The notes beneath the pieces were generated by a model, which had not been told where the DNA came from, ran no database searches, and saw only the letters and a list, made by a program, of their open reading frames with translations. DNA of 35,640 nt from positions 47,241,245-47,276,884 of the forward strand of contig NC_057718.1 of the NCBI RefSeq assembly GCF_004010195.1. The letters are read 5' to 3'. The stretch comes from Chiloscyllium plagiosum (lineage: Eukaryota). Below, in pieces: positions 22,100 to 34,399 of the stretch. A program made the translations under genes and the position numbers. Within the stretch, counting starts at the first letter, position 1. Every line of letters begins with the position of its first letter.

Positions 22100-23350
22100 A
22101 AGAGTCAGACAGAAGTGTTTAGTCCTGAAAGGCTAATTGACTTGCAACAGAAAGACAAGACAATAAAAGATATACACATACTCAGAAAAGGAGTCAGAAT
22201 ATATTCCTGTGGATTATTATCTTAAAGATAGAATCCTAAAACGAAAATGGAGACCACAGCAGGTTAGTGCAAAGGAGAAATAGGTGGAAGTGCACCAGAT
22301 TGTGTTGCCAGAGGCATACAGACAGGAAGTGTTACGGGTAGCATGGTAACTACCTGTAGGAGGGCACCTAGGTGTAAGGAAGACTCAGACTCGGGTACAA
22401 AAACATTTTGATTGACTTTGACTGCACAAGGATGTAGTTAAACCTTGCTGACCATGTCATACATGCCAAATGGTAGGTAAGCTACAGGCAGTAGCAATGC
22501 CTACATTTGTTGCCAATTCCTACATTTGAAGAACCTTTCATGTGGGTTATGATTGATTATATAGGTCCCCTCCCTAGAAGTGGGAACCAGTACTTGCTAA
22601 CCATAATGGATATGTCTATCAGATTTTCAAAGGCAATTCCATTACAGAGTATTAAGGCAAAAAGGGTAGTAGAGCAGTTAGTAGCTTTCTTTCACGCGGT
22701 ATGGGCTATCCAGAGAGATTCAGTCAGACCAAGGGTCTAATTTTATGGCTAGGCTGTTTTAAGGAAGTCATGGATAGGCTTACAGTACTTTAAGTCAAGT
22801 CCGTACCATCCTGAATCTAAGGGAGCTTTGGAAAGGTGGTATCAGACAGTATGTTAAGAGCATACTGTCAGGATTGCCTGAATGATTGGGATAAAGGCAT
22901 CCCATTTGTGTTGTTTGCCATTAGAGATGCCCCAAATGAATCTAGTCAGTTTACTCCCTTTGAGTTAATATTCAGACATGAAGTGAGAAGGTCTTTGAAA
23001 TTAATTAAAGAGAAATTGACAGGACCGAAGTCCAAGATTCTCACATTTGGATTATGTATCTGAGGTGAGGGAGCGATTAAATGGGGTAGACATGTTAGCC
23101 AAACAGCACCTGAAGAGGTCACAGCATAGAATGAAGCAGGTGGCAGATAAAAACTCTGAAATTCAGATATTTTCATGTGAGGATGACATGCTAATATTGT
23201 TGCCAGTGGTAGGAGATCCCTTCAAAACCAAGTTTAGTGGTGCCTATCCAATTAAGAAAAAGTTGTCAAGTAAACTACCTAGTAAAGATGTTGGATAGAA
23301 AAACACTATATTGGGTATGTCATGTGAATATGTTGAAACCTTATAATAGA
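22100..23350 (+). pseudogene. Integrase relic
   Basis: GGHLGVRKT, CHTCQ, IDYIGPLP, SDQGSNF, YHPESKGALERW, LFAIRDAPNESSQFTPFELIF, HVNMLKPY. Confidence 0.92.
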
Positions 23351-23499
23351 AACAGGGAACTGGAGAAACAGGTATTAGTTACTGCCCCGCAGAGCGGGGA
23401 ATCAAGTCCAGATGTGAAGTTTGTTGTACCTCAAAATACATTAAACAATGAGGATGTCCTTGAGAGGATAGGTTAGTGAACTAGCTGTCTTAGGAGCAA

Positions 23500-24811
23500 A
23501 GAACCAAGTTGAAAGGTTTGTTGCAGCAGTATGAGGACTTATGCAGGAATAAGATGGGGAAGACTAATACTATTGTGCATGAGGTGGAAGTAGGGAATGC
23601 TGTTCCGATAAAACAACACCTCTACAAACTTAATCCTTTCAAAGCCACACAGGTCCAGAAAGAAGTGGATGCGATGTTCAATGACTATATCATCTAACTC
23701 AATCAAGGTGAGTGGAGTTCACTGATCGTGTTAGTTCCCAAACCTGATGGGACTCGATGATTTTGTGTGGACTATCGGAAGGTCAACACTGTAACAAAAT
23801 TGCACTCGTACCCAATACCCAGATTGGCGCACTGTATAGAGGAAGTTGGACATACTGTATGGTTATTGGCACGTACCTTTATCAGAGAAAGTAAAAGAAA
23901 TTTCTGGGTTTGTAACCCCAAATGGGCTATATCAACTTAATGTGCTGCCTTTTGGAATGAAGAACGTACTAGTCACATTCATGAACAGAGTTGTGGCTAG
24001 GTTAACAAATAATGCAGTTTATCTGATGATGTAGTGATCTTTAGTGAGTCATGGAAAGATCACCTGGTACAGTTGGCAGAGCTCTTTGAATGACTACAAG
24101 AAGCAAAACTGGTAATAAAGTTAAAGGATACAGATTTTGTGAAGGCAGAGGTGATGTTCTTGGGACATAACATCAGTCATGGAAGGTTGACCTCAAGGAA
24201 CGCCAAAACAAAGCCAATCGAGGAATTTCCATGACCAACCTCAGAGGAAGAGGTGCTTCGCTTTTTGGGACTAAGCGGATTCTACCGGAAGTTTGTTCTA
24301 AATATCAGCAACATGGTGGTATCGCTAATGGATTTGCTGAAGAAGAACACAAAATGTCATTGGTCATAAAAATGACCGGGGGCATTTGAGAATTTAAAAG
24401 CAGTATTAACCACAGCACCAGTTTTAGCTACATCAAACTTTTTGAAACCTTTCAAAGTTGCAATTGATGCTAGCGATATAAGAGTTGGAGCTAGACTGCT
24501 ATAGGAAGATGATAATGGAATTGAACGGCCAATTGGCTACTTTACAAAGAAACTGAACATCCACCAGAGAAAATACCATCAGAAAGGAATGATTGAGTTT
24601 GGTACTGAACTTAGAACATTTTAATGTTTATGTGACAAACAATGTGTCAGAGACAGTTGTATACATGGACCCAGTTGTGTACATGGATCCTCTTACATTC
24701 TTGGAATGATTTAAAGACAAAAATGAGACTATTTCATTGGAGTCTTGTGTTACACACTGTTAATGTACAAATTGTACATGTGTGATAGCAGATATGTTAT
24801 TGCGGATTTAA
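23500..24811 (+). pseudogene. Reverse transcriptase and RNase H relic
   Basis: PIKQHLYKLNP, LVPKPDGTR*FCVDYRKVN, GYWHVPL, LPFGMKN, frameshifted YLDD near 24019-24030, FLGLSGFYRKFV, VAIDASDIRVGA. Confidence 0.92.
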
Positions 24812-24990
24812 TGGATACAGTATAGACAAGATTGAACAGATTCTAATGTTATTAATTTCTGCAATTTAATATATATATGAATTTAGATTAATGTCCTATA
24901 TACATTTCATTGTAATGGAATTAAGAATTAGGAAAAAATATGAAGCCATCTTTTCATTATGATGGTTCATTTTTTTTTCTTAAGGAGAAA

Positions 24991-25855
24991 GTTGTGAAGC
25001 TGAAGGCATGTACTGCATCTTTAAGAGAGTGAAAGCAGTGTTACACTGAGCGCTTACGAGCATCTATTATATACTAACTAAAAGTCTCAAAGTATACTGG
25101 AAAATTGAAATAGATCAGAGTTGGCTGCTGTTTTGACAACAATTCGAATCTAACCAATCAAATTATGCCCCAGGATACTATAATTCAATTGAGTTTGAAT
25201 TTACTGTTTTGCCAACATCGAACCAATGACATGATCTGATGTTGAGGGGATAAAAAAAGACAGGGATTTTGAAAGTCAGACATAGTAACTGCCATCGCGA
25301 CAGACCCAAACATTCTTATATGAAAAGCTACCTTTTCATATAAAAAAAACCTCGCAGTTAAAGAAAGAAGACAACCCAAGGAAATCTTCGATTGGAAGAG
25401 GAGAGACACTGACGATGACGGCTGTTGTAAGGTTTTGAAATTATGGTGGTGTAATTTTAGTAAGTGTTTTATTTTAACCCCCACAATACTGCCTAAGTGT
25501 GGTAGTACTTATATTTTCCCCAGTACCCATGTTGTGCATGTGCAGGTGTAAGGCACAGTGATAGACAACAGGTGTGCAAATCTTTATTCAATTAGCAATT
25601 GCTTTTATAGGAGCATATATATCTTGTTATAGAGTTGGAGGCAAATAATAAGCAGTTGAGAGAAAGGGGGGCTTAGAGTTGTGAATAGTTGTTTAATGTT
25701 CCCTTTTAGAGTTAAAGGACTAAAATGATATTATTTTCTTTAAATAGTGAAATTTGGGAGTTCTCTGTCACTCATACTTTTAACAGATTACGAGGCAAGG
25801 TGAGCTTTTCTGGGCGTTTTGTTTAATTAACAGAAGGGTTCACTGCCGTGTCATA
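24991..25855 (+). repeat. 3' LTR, preceded by a polypurine tract (24982-24990)
   Basis: GTTGTGAAGCTGAAGGCATGTACTGCATCTTTAAGAGAGTG matches the 5' LTR start; it ends GCCGTGTCATA. Confidence 0.9.
25473..25602. mobile_element. Unclassified 130-bp insertion in the 3' LTR
   Basis: Absent from the 5' LTR. Flanked by TTTTAT on both sides (25467-25472 and 25603-25608). Hairpin at 25487-25507. Confidence 0.7.
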
Positions 25856-25978
25856 ATAGTTGGTACTTGCATCCATTAACATTGGAGCAAGAGAAAATTC
25901 AGATGAACTGTTAGGTATTCATATGATGACATTTCAGGGCCTAAATGTTTATCCATGATATATATGAAGACTGTTATA

Positions 25979-26152
25979 CAGAGGAACCTCAATTATCTGG
26001 CACTCCATTATCTGAATTTCAGATTATCCGGCAAGATCTCAAGGTCCCGATGCTTGGTTAAACTGTGTTATCCAGCACTTGATTATCCGAACATTTGATT
26101 ATCCAACAAGATACTCCTCGCCCATGTCGTTTGGATAATCTAGTTTCTTCTG
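25979..26152. mobile_element. Tc1/mariner-pogo (Tigger-like) MITE
   Basis: TA target duplication on both sides. Imperfect TIRs CAGAGGAACCTCAATTATC / GATAATCTAGTTTCTTCTG. Repeated internal (G)ATTATC(C) motifs. Confidence 0.82.
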
Positions 26153-26619
26153 TATGTTCTTTCATGATTTGTGAAAGCAAGTAATGATTTAATCTTTGAA
26201 TATCGTTGTATGTTACAAATATTGAATGTCCATGGATTTTTTGATGTTCCTTTAATTATTGATTTTCTATTATGTATTTGTTTTGAATAATGAACACACA
26301 TATTCTCCTTTAAGGACAGATGATCAGTAGTCATGTAGTATATACAATCGATCTTAATGTTAATGAATGCTAACCTGACGAGTAGTCCATCTGGTGACAG
26401 AGAGTTAGACAAGTTAAAATCTCCCCTTTTTCCTTTTATTTCAACCTCCCCAAAGCATTCGGTCACTCACATACAATCACAAAGATTTTGCAAATTAAAG
26501 AAAATGGAAAAATTGGTTCAAATGACTGGTGAATGTTTGAGGGTGAAATGCTGAAGTCCAAGATGAGAAAGATAAACTTAATAATAATTAGAAGGTGTGA
26601 GAGCTGGTTATAGTTGGTT

Positions 26620-27190
26620 TGATATATAGACTAAAAGATATGGTAATAAATGAATAGTGGAAAACAAAATTTAAAATGATGAATGAAATATGTATTCCAT
26701 TAATAAAACAAAGTAAACCAGTTGCTGTGATTTATGTAATTTCTAAAGAGAATTTGATGAAGTACTACACAAAAGGCAGATAAGCAACATAAGAACTTAT
26801 GGAGTTGGGATAAGATATTAACTTGGATGGAGAATTGGTTAATTATCAGGAAGTGTAGAGTCATCATTTACTGCAAGAGGCTGAGACTAGAAGAATATGG
26901 ATGTCTCACTCCAATTGTAGAAGACTTAGGTGAGATTACACCTGTTGTACTGTGTGCAGTTTTGATCGCCATACTAAAGGGATCTACTTACCTTAAGCAG
27001 ACCAGACAGGTTTCCTTAAATGAGAGAGTCATTCTATTGGGATTGGCTGAGTGAATTTGACCTGTAATCTCTGAAGTTTAGAAGAATGAGGGTTAGTACC
27101 ACTGAAACATAAACGTGCATGATTCTGAAGAGCTTGACAGGGTGGATAGTGTGAGCATGTTCCTCCTTGCTGGGCTTCAGGAATATGCTT
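26620..27190 (+). mobile_element. Old deleted CR1 LINE, split by the younger CR1 and resuming at about 30972-31205
   Basis: Decayed YMDF.KAFDKVPH- and W(M)ENWL-like segments and GAAGTTTAGAAGAATGAG. The continuation is GAGATGAGAAATTTTTTCACTCATAGGGTTGTGAA. Confidence 0.65.
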
Positions 27191-27279
27191 CAGAAAGGAC
27201 TAGAGTCATAGAGATGTACAGCATGGAAACAAACCCTTCGGTCCAATCTGCCCATGCCGACCAGATATTCCAACCCAAT

Positions 27280-29860
27280 CTAGTCCCACCTGTCAGCACC
27301 CGGCCGATATCCCTCCAAACCCTTCCTATTCATATATCCATCCAAATGCCTCTTAAATGTTGCAATTGTACCAGCCTCCACCACATCCTCTAGCAGCTCA
27401 TTCCATACACATGCCACGCTCTTCATGAAAAAGTTGCCCCTTAGGTCCCTTTTATATGTTTCCCCTCTCACCCTAAACCTATGCCCTCTAGTTCTGGACT
27501 CCCCGACCCCAGGGAAAAGACTTTGTCTATTTATCCTATCCATGCCCCTCATAATTTTGTAAACCTCTATAAGGTCACCCCTCAGTCTCCGACGCTCTAT
27601 GGTTCACTATCCTATCTACCTGCAACTCCACTTTCAAGGAGTATGAACCTGCACTCCAAGGTCTCTTTGTTCAGCAACACTCCCTAGGACCTTACCATTA
27701 AGTGTATAAGTCCTGCCTAGATTTGCTTTCCCAAAATGCAGCACCTCACATTTATCTGAATTAAACTCCATCTGCCACTTCTCAGACCATTGGCCCATCT
27801 GGCCCAGATCCTGTTGTAATCTGAGGCAACCCTCTTCTCTGTCCACTACACCTCCAATTTTGGTGTCACCTGCAAACTTACTAACTGTACCTCTTATGCT
27901 CACATCCAAATCATTTATGTAAATGACAAAAAGTAGAGGACCCAGTACCGATCCTTGTGGCACTCCACTGGTCACAGGCCTCCAGTCTGAAAAACAACCC
28001 TCCACCACCACCCTCTGTCTTCTCCCTTTGAGCCAGTTCTGTATCCAAATGGCTAGTTCTCCCTCTAATCCATGAGATCAAACCTTGCTAATCAGTCTAC
28101 CATAGGGAACCTTGTCGAACACCTTACTGAAGTCCATATAGATCACATCTACTGCTCTGCCCTCATCAATCTTCTTTGTTATTTCTTCAAAAAACTCAGT
28201 CACGTTTATGCGACATGATTTCCCTCGCACAAAGCTATGTTGACTATCCCGAATCAGTCCTTGCCTTTCCAAATAAATGTACATCCTGTCCCTCAGGATT
28301 TCCTCCAACAACTTGCCCACCACTGAGGTCAGGCTCACCAGTCTATAGTTCCCTGGCTTGTCTTTACCACCCTTCTTGAACAGTGGCACCACGTTTGACA
28401 ACCTCCAGTCTTCCGACACCTCACCTGTGACTATCGATGATACAAATATCTCAGCAAGAGGCCCAGCAATCACTTCTCTAGCTTCCCACAGCGTTCTCAG
28501 GTACACCTGATCAGGTCCTGGGGATTTATCCACCTCTAACCATTTCAAGACATCCAGCACTTCCTCCTCTGTAATCTGGACATTTTGCAAGATGTCACCA
28601 TCTATTTCCCCACATTCTCTATCTTCCATGTTCTTTTCCTCAGTAAATACTGATGCCCTATTCTCTCCCTAGTTACCCTTTTGCCCTGAATATATTTGTA
28701 AAAACCCTTTGGATTCTCCTTAATTCTATTTGCCAAAGCTATCTCATGTCCCCTTTTTGCCCTCCTGATTTCCCTCTTGAGTATACTCCTACTTGCTTTA
28801 TACTCTTCTAAGGATTCACTCGATCTACCCTGTCTATACCTGAGATATGATTCCTTCTTTTTCTGAACCAAACCCTCAATTTCATTAGTCATCCAGCATT
28901 CCCTATACCTACTAGCCTTCCCTTTCACCCTGACAGGAATATACTTTCTCTGGATTCTTGTTATCTCATTTCTGAAGGCTTCCCATTTTCCAACTGTCCC
29001 TTTACCTGTGAACATCTGCCTCCAATCAGCTTTCGAAAGTTCTTGCCTAATACCGTCAAAATTTTCCTTTCTCCAATTTAGAACTTCAACTTTTAGATCT
29101 GGTCTATCCTTTTCCATCACTATTTTAAAACTAATAGAATTATGGTCGCTGGCCCCAAAGTGCTCCCCCACTGACACCTCAGTCACCTGCCCTGCCTTAT
29201 TTCCCAAGGGTAGGTCAAGGTTTGCACCTTCTCTAGGAGGTACATCCACATACTGAATCAGAAAATTGTCTTGTACACACTTAAGAAATTCCTCTCCACC
29301 TAAACCTTTAACACTATGGCAGTCCCAGTCGATGTTTGGAAAGTTAAAATCCCCTACCATAACTACTCTATTATTCTTACAGATAGCTGAGATCTCCTTT
29401 GTTTGTTTCTCAATTTCCCTCTATTGGGGGGTCTATAATACAATCCCAATAAGGTGATCATCCCTTTCTTATTTCTCAGTTCCACCCAAATAACTTCCCT
29501 GAATGTTTGCCGGGAATATCCTCCCTCAGCACAGCTGTAATGCTATCCCTTATCAAAAATGTTACTCCCCCTCCTCTCCTGCCTCCCTTTCTATCCCTCC
29601 TGTAGCATTTGTATCCTGGAACATGAAGCTGCCAGTCCTGAGCCATGTTTCTGTAATTGCTATGATATCCTAGTCTCATGTTCCTAACCATGCCCTGAGC
29701 TCATCTGCCTTCCCTGTTATGCCCCTTGCATTGAAATAAATGCAGTTTAATTTATTAGTCCTACCTTGTCCCTACCTGCCCTGACTGTTTGACTCACTTC
29801 TGTTCTCAACTGTATCTGTCTCAGATCGATCTCTTTCCTCACTATCTCCCTGGGTCCCAC
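27280..29860 (-). pseudogene. CR1 ORF2 relic (APE endonuclease and RT)
   Basis: VGDFNFPNIDW, GASDHNSI, KSPGPDQV, YRLVSLTSVVGKLLE, YMDFSKVFDKVP, SGVPQGSVLGPLLFVIYINDL, SKFAGDTK (FADD mutated). Confidence 0.95.
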
Positions 29861-29864
29861 CTTA

Positions 29865-30765
29865 CTAGTTTAAATACCTCCCAAACAGTTCTAGCAAATT
29901 TCCCTGCCAGTATTTTAGTCCCCTTCTAATTTAGGTGCAATCCATCCTTCTTGTACAGGTCACTTTGACCCCAAATGAGATTCCAATTATCAAAAAATGT
30001 GAATCCTTCTCCCATACACCAGCTCCTCAGCCATGCATTCATCTGCTCTATCCTCCTATTCCTGCCCTCACTAGCTCGTAGCACTGGGAGTAATCCAGAT
30101 ATTACTACCCTTGAGGACCTCCTTAAATTTCTGCCTAACTCTCTGTAATCTCCCTTCAGAGTCTCAACCTTTTTCCTTCCTATGTCATTGGTTCCAATGT
30201 GGACAATGACCTCCTGCGTGAGAACATTCTGCACCCTCTCTGAGACATCCTCGATTCTGGCACCAGGGAAACAACACACCATTTTGCTTTTTCTCTGCTG
30301 GCCACAGAAACGTCTGTCTGTACCTTGGACTACAGAATCCCCTGACACAATTGGTCTCTTGGAAGCCGACGTACCCCTCATTGCATTAGAGCCAGTCTCA
30401 ATACCAGAAACTTGGCTGTTCGTGCTACGTTCCCCTGAGAATCCATCACCCCCTATATTTTCCAAAACAGCATACCTGTTTGAAATGGGTATATCCACAA
30501 AAGGCTCCTGCACTAGCTGCCTACCTCTCTTACCCTTCCTATATGACTGTATCTGAGACTTTCTCCCCTTTCTATAACTGCCATCCATCACATACTGTTG
30601 CTGTTGCAAATTCCTCATCGCTTCTCTCTGTCTCTTCAACCAATCCACTCGATCTGATAAGATTCGCATCCAACAGCATTTATGGCAGATATAATCCGCA
30701 GTAACCCTTAAACTCTCTTTAAACTCCCACATCTGACAAGAAGTACATATCACTGCAAAGGCCAT
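29865..30765 (-). pseudogene. CR1 ORF1 relic: CxxC-CxxC zinc finger, coiled coil and SGNH/GDSL-like esterase
   Basis: ATG at 30765 (MAFAVICTSC..CHKC); IVSGDS, FPGA, VHIGTND, DGLH. Premature TAG at 29926-29928 where the copy near 603 has TGG. Confidence 0.9.
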
Positions 30766-32081
30766 TTTTGCTCCTTCACTGTCTACAGACCCAAAAAATA
30801 ACACCATCTTATTCCTCTACATACACTGCCCCAGGTTAAATTAATAGCTATGGCTTATATTTTAAGTTTAATCAAGAGACTTATCTCCAAAAACATATAG
30901 TCAAGAAATAACCCACTGTACCCACTAATACAGCCTTTCTCTTGGACAGACTTAAAACAACAATTAACTCATACTTCAGTCTGAGATGAGAAATTTTTTC
31001 ACTCATAGGGTTGTGAACTTTTCAAATTCTCTATTCTAGGAAGTTATGGATAAAACATTCTTGAACATATTTAAGGCCTGGATAGATTATTGATCTCTCA
31101 GGGAATCAAGCAATGGGGATAATGCTAAGAAGCAGAGCTGAGGTGGAAGATGAACTATGTTCATATTAACAGCAGAGAAAGTTCAATGGGACTTTGAGCT
31201 TTTATTTATGATGATTTATATGAAAGAAGATCTACTGCCAAGCAAAATATTATTTGTTTCTATATAACTTGTAACATAACCAGGTGACTTGAGTGAAGAA
31301 ATTAATTTCTCCTGCACTTAAATATATATGCATGTTAAAACATGCCATGATCACTATACTTCCTTTCACTCATAATTTGTTTTTCTCTGTTTATACAAAT
31401 CACATTCATAAGTATAGAGTTACTCTGACTCACAAATATTTGCTTCAATATGTTTGCCTGAAAATTAGGAGTTCACTAAGCATGAACCATTTTGTTCCTA
31501 TAATTAGAGGCCATTTCAGACAATTTGGAACCAGTATAGGTTAAAAATAATCTTGCCTAAATAGTAAAGTGCTCACACCACTCTAAATCTCTGGGTTGAG
31601 TAATTGGCATCATTATTCATAACACTAGTTGCTGACTCAAACCTGTATAAATTTGTGGTCACCATAGATCTTCAAAAATTGAATAAGAAACTCATGACAA
31701 AGATCGGAAGGCATGGAGTGAGACAACAGTAAGACCATAAAATGCAGTGTAGAAGTTAAAGGAGGTTTTTATCAGAGCAACCAAAAGTGAGAAAGTATTC
31801 CAATACTCTTCGTGTTTGGTCTCCCCCATTTGAACTTCTACAAACCTTCCACCTACCTGAGACATGGCGGAAGTGATATCATGGAAAGCCAGCAGCAAAA
31901 ACTGAATGTGTTCTCAGGGGAGCAAGTCCCCAGAGAGAGCCTCAGCAGCAGGTTAACATGTGGATTTGCTTTCTGTTAAGCAGATAAAAATTGCAAGCAG
32001 TACAGCCTTTACCTTAAAATGTTTAAAGTTTGTAAATTAATCAGAACATTTAGAAGAAATGAAATGATGCTGAGTATTATA

Positions 32082-32099
32082 CATATATATATATATATA
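32082..32099. repeat. Short (AT)n microsatellite
   Basis: CATATATATATATATATA. Confidence 0.8.
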
Positions 32100-33357
32100 A
32101 AACAAAGTCAAATGTTACCAAAAAGCCACCCACAACTACCTGCAGTGAACACAAAACTTTTATTAGCACCTTGTATCAAGAGGCCTTACAGTCCAGTATC
32201 TCATGTAATGTTTGTCAATTATATTGGAACTATGGCAGACCAGGCACTCAACATCTTTGTGATAGGTTATATAAGAGTACACATAAATGTTTAGTTATGT
32301 TTACTGCACAAGTACCAAATATTCATATTATATTGAGCTGTCTTACATAAGTATCTATGTGCAGGAAAGCAGACGTTATGCATCTCCAATTCCACCACTG
32401 GAGGCTATGCATTCTCCTGTCTAAGTGTTATTCTTAACTTCATTTCTAAATCTCGCTGCCTCTCCACTTTTCTTTTCAGGCGCTCTTGAATTGTCATCAG
32501 TCCTAATATTTCCTTTTGTGTGTGGTGTGTGACATATTTCTGGGGAGTGCCCTAGAAATCAAGCCCCATTATTTTGAGAGTTGTCACAAAAGTTAAAGAT
32601 TTTATAAAAGGATGCCAAATTCTTTACTTGTTTTAGAGCCAGGTTGATAGAAAAATGGACCTTAGTAAGAATGACTATTTATTACAAATAATTAGATTCT
32701 AGTTACAGATAAACTTTCTGAACTGTCAACATATAACTCTATTAGTTAAAATAGTAGCGTCCTTATAAAATCCCTCCTACACACATACAGGTAGGCACAG
32801 GATCTTTACAATGTGAGTGATATGAGCAGAGGGAAAGACTGGGAAGGCAGTTCAATGGTTCCTGTTCACAACATTCACTGACATGATACCTTTGGCTTGA
32901 CAGGACTTGCTGCTTCTTGATCTTTCTTCTCCAGATGCTTTCACTTGCTTGCAAGAAGCAGAATGATTAACAACACTGAATTATTAGTTTAAAAAAACCC
33001 ACATCTTACGACAACTATTGAGGGAATCAAATTGGCATACTCCCCAGCTTGAGGTGTTTCTTTTTAACTGCAGAGAAAGGACAGCTACTTCCTCTGCGTG
33101 ATCTGATGGTTTCTGACCAAACATTCACACCCATGAACTGTCGAGCTGTGTGAGAGCCAATCGCATAGTTGTTGGAAGGCGGAAGATGTTTGTCATTGAC
33201 AACTGGTCATGACTCCACAGAGTCATCAAGCTGGCACATCAAACTTTGTATGCACCCTGCAAACAACCCGCACTCCACTCCCCACTTCAGTTCATCTGTG
33301 GTAACCACACCCACTGTTTGAACAATGAGCAGTGTTAACCTCATTTACTATGAATGT

Positions 33358-33577
33358 CTTGGAGTCCCTACAGTGCAGAAAGAGGCTATTTGGCCCATCG
33401 ACTCTGCACCAATCCTTCAAAGAGTGTCCTACCTGGACCCAATCACATCTCCCCCACCACCCTATCTCCATAGCATGGCTAATCCACCTAACTTGCACAC
33501 CTATGGATCGTGGGTGGAAACTGGAGCCTCCAATGGAAACCCATGCAGACACAGGAAGAATGTGCAAATTTCACATG
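33358..33577 (-). mobile_element. 5'-truncated older HE1-type SINE
   Basis: The reverse complement matches the core and tail of 34660-34880; the tRNA-derived head is absent. Confidence 0.85.
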
Positions 33578-34399
33578 TCAAATAACTTGCTTTTAAAAAG
33601 TGCAGTAATCCTTTCAACAATCCTTGATTTTTGAAACAGCCCTTTTTCCATTTCAGTCAACAATCAAAAATATTAAAAATCCAAAAGTTTAAAATTGTCA
33701 AATATTGTTTGATTATACACCTGTATGTGCCTTGAGACAGTTAGTGCACAAAAGGTACTATATATTGACAAGCTGCTGTTGATGTTATTAATGATCCAAA
33801 CTCAGAAATTGGAGTTACACATCTGAAAATCCATTCACACTAGCATTTGGATGCATCTCATGACAGGGAACTATTCCTGCATTGGAATATGTTGGCCCAA
33901 GGTCTACCTAAAATTGGAACTTGCATCTTACTGCCATTAGGCATCCCAGGACAGCTTATCATTGAAGAGTTGGGGTTATTCTAGGATGCAGCAGCAGCCC
34001 ACAGGTAAGGTCTTAAACTAGCAGAGGAGGGGTTTGTGTGGGAAGTGGGGTAGGTTTGTGTGAATCAGGGGAAGATGATAAGGCAATTAGGAATAAAGTC
34101 ACGGTACAGTTATTTATCCAGAGGGCAGGTGTAGTGGCTAGTACAGCTCATACATGGTTTTAAAATGGGGCTAGGAAGTGGAATCATGCATCATCTGGCA
34201 CTTCATTCAGGTAAGGTTGATAAAATCTTATCATTTTGAGGTGGTCTGCAGTTGTTACTTTAAAGACTAATTCATTCTACATGAAAAGCTAGTTTTCTTG
34301 AAAAGAATTGACTTGCCATTGGTTACAATCAGGAAAATCCTGTTTGCACAGTGCACCTAAATCAAGCTTATTTGCATAGATAAAGTGCTTAACCCCTGG

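Larger units (their letters stand above)
18894..25855 (+). mobile_element. Decayed full-length Ty3/Gypsy LTR retrotransposon of the Gmr1-like clade
   Basis: Two homologous LTRs, PBS, PPT and gag-PR-IN-RT-RH domain order. Candidate 4-bp TSD ATAG (18890-18893 and 25856-25859). Confidence 0.93.
27201..30970 (-). mobile_element. Near full-length young HER1/CR1 LINE with several internal deletions
   Basis: 5' UTR, ORF1, ORF2 and a TATGACTCTA-type tail. Long residual ORFs of 293, 252, 183 and 125 aa. Confidence 0.96.

Noticed and set aside
25979..26152. CRISPR-like spaced repeats
   Set aside because: The repeats are only 6-8 bp, irregularly spaced and inside a TA-flanked MITE in a vertebrate genome.
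32763..32954. Minus-strand ORF containing PTC as a possible ATF3 last exon
   Set aside because: No leucine zipper and no HRPTCIVRAQNG context; a chance tripeptide.
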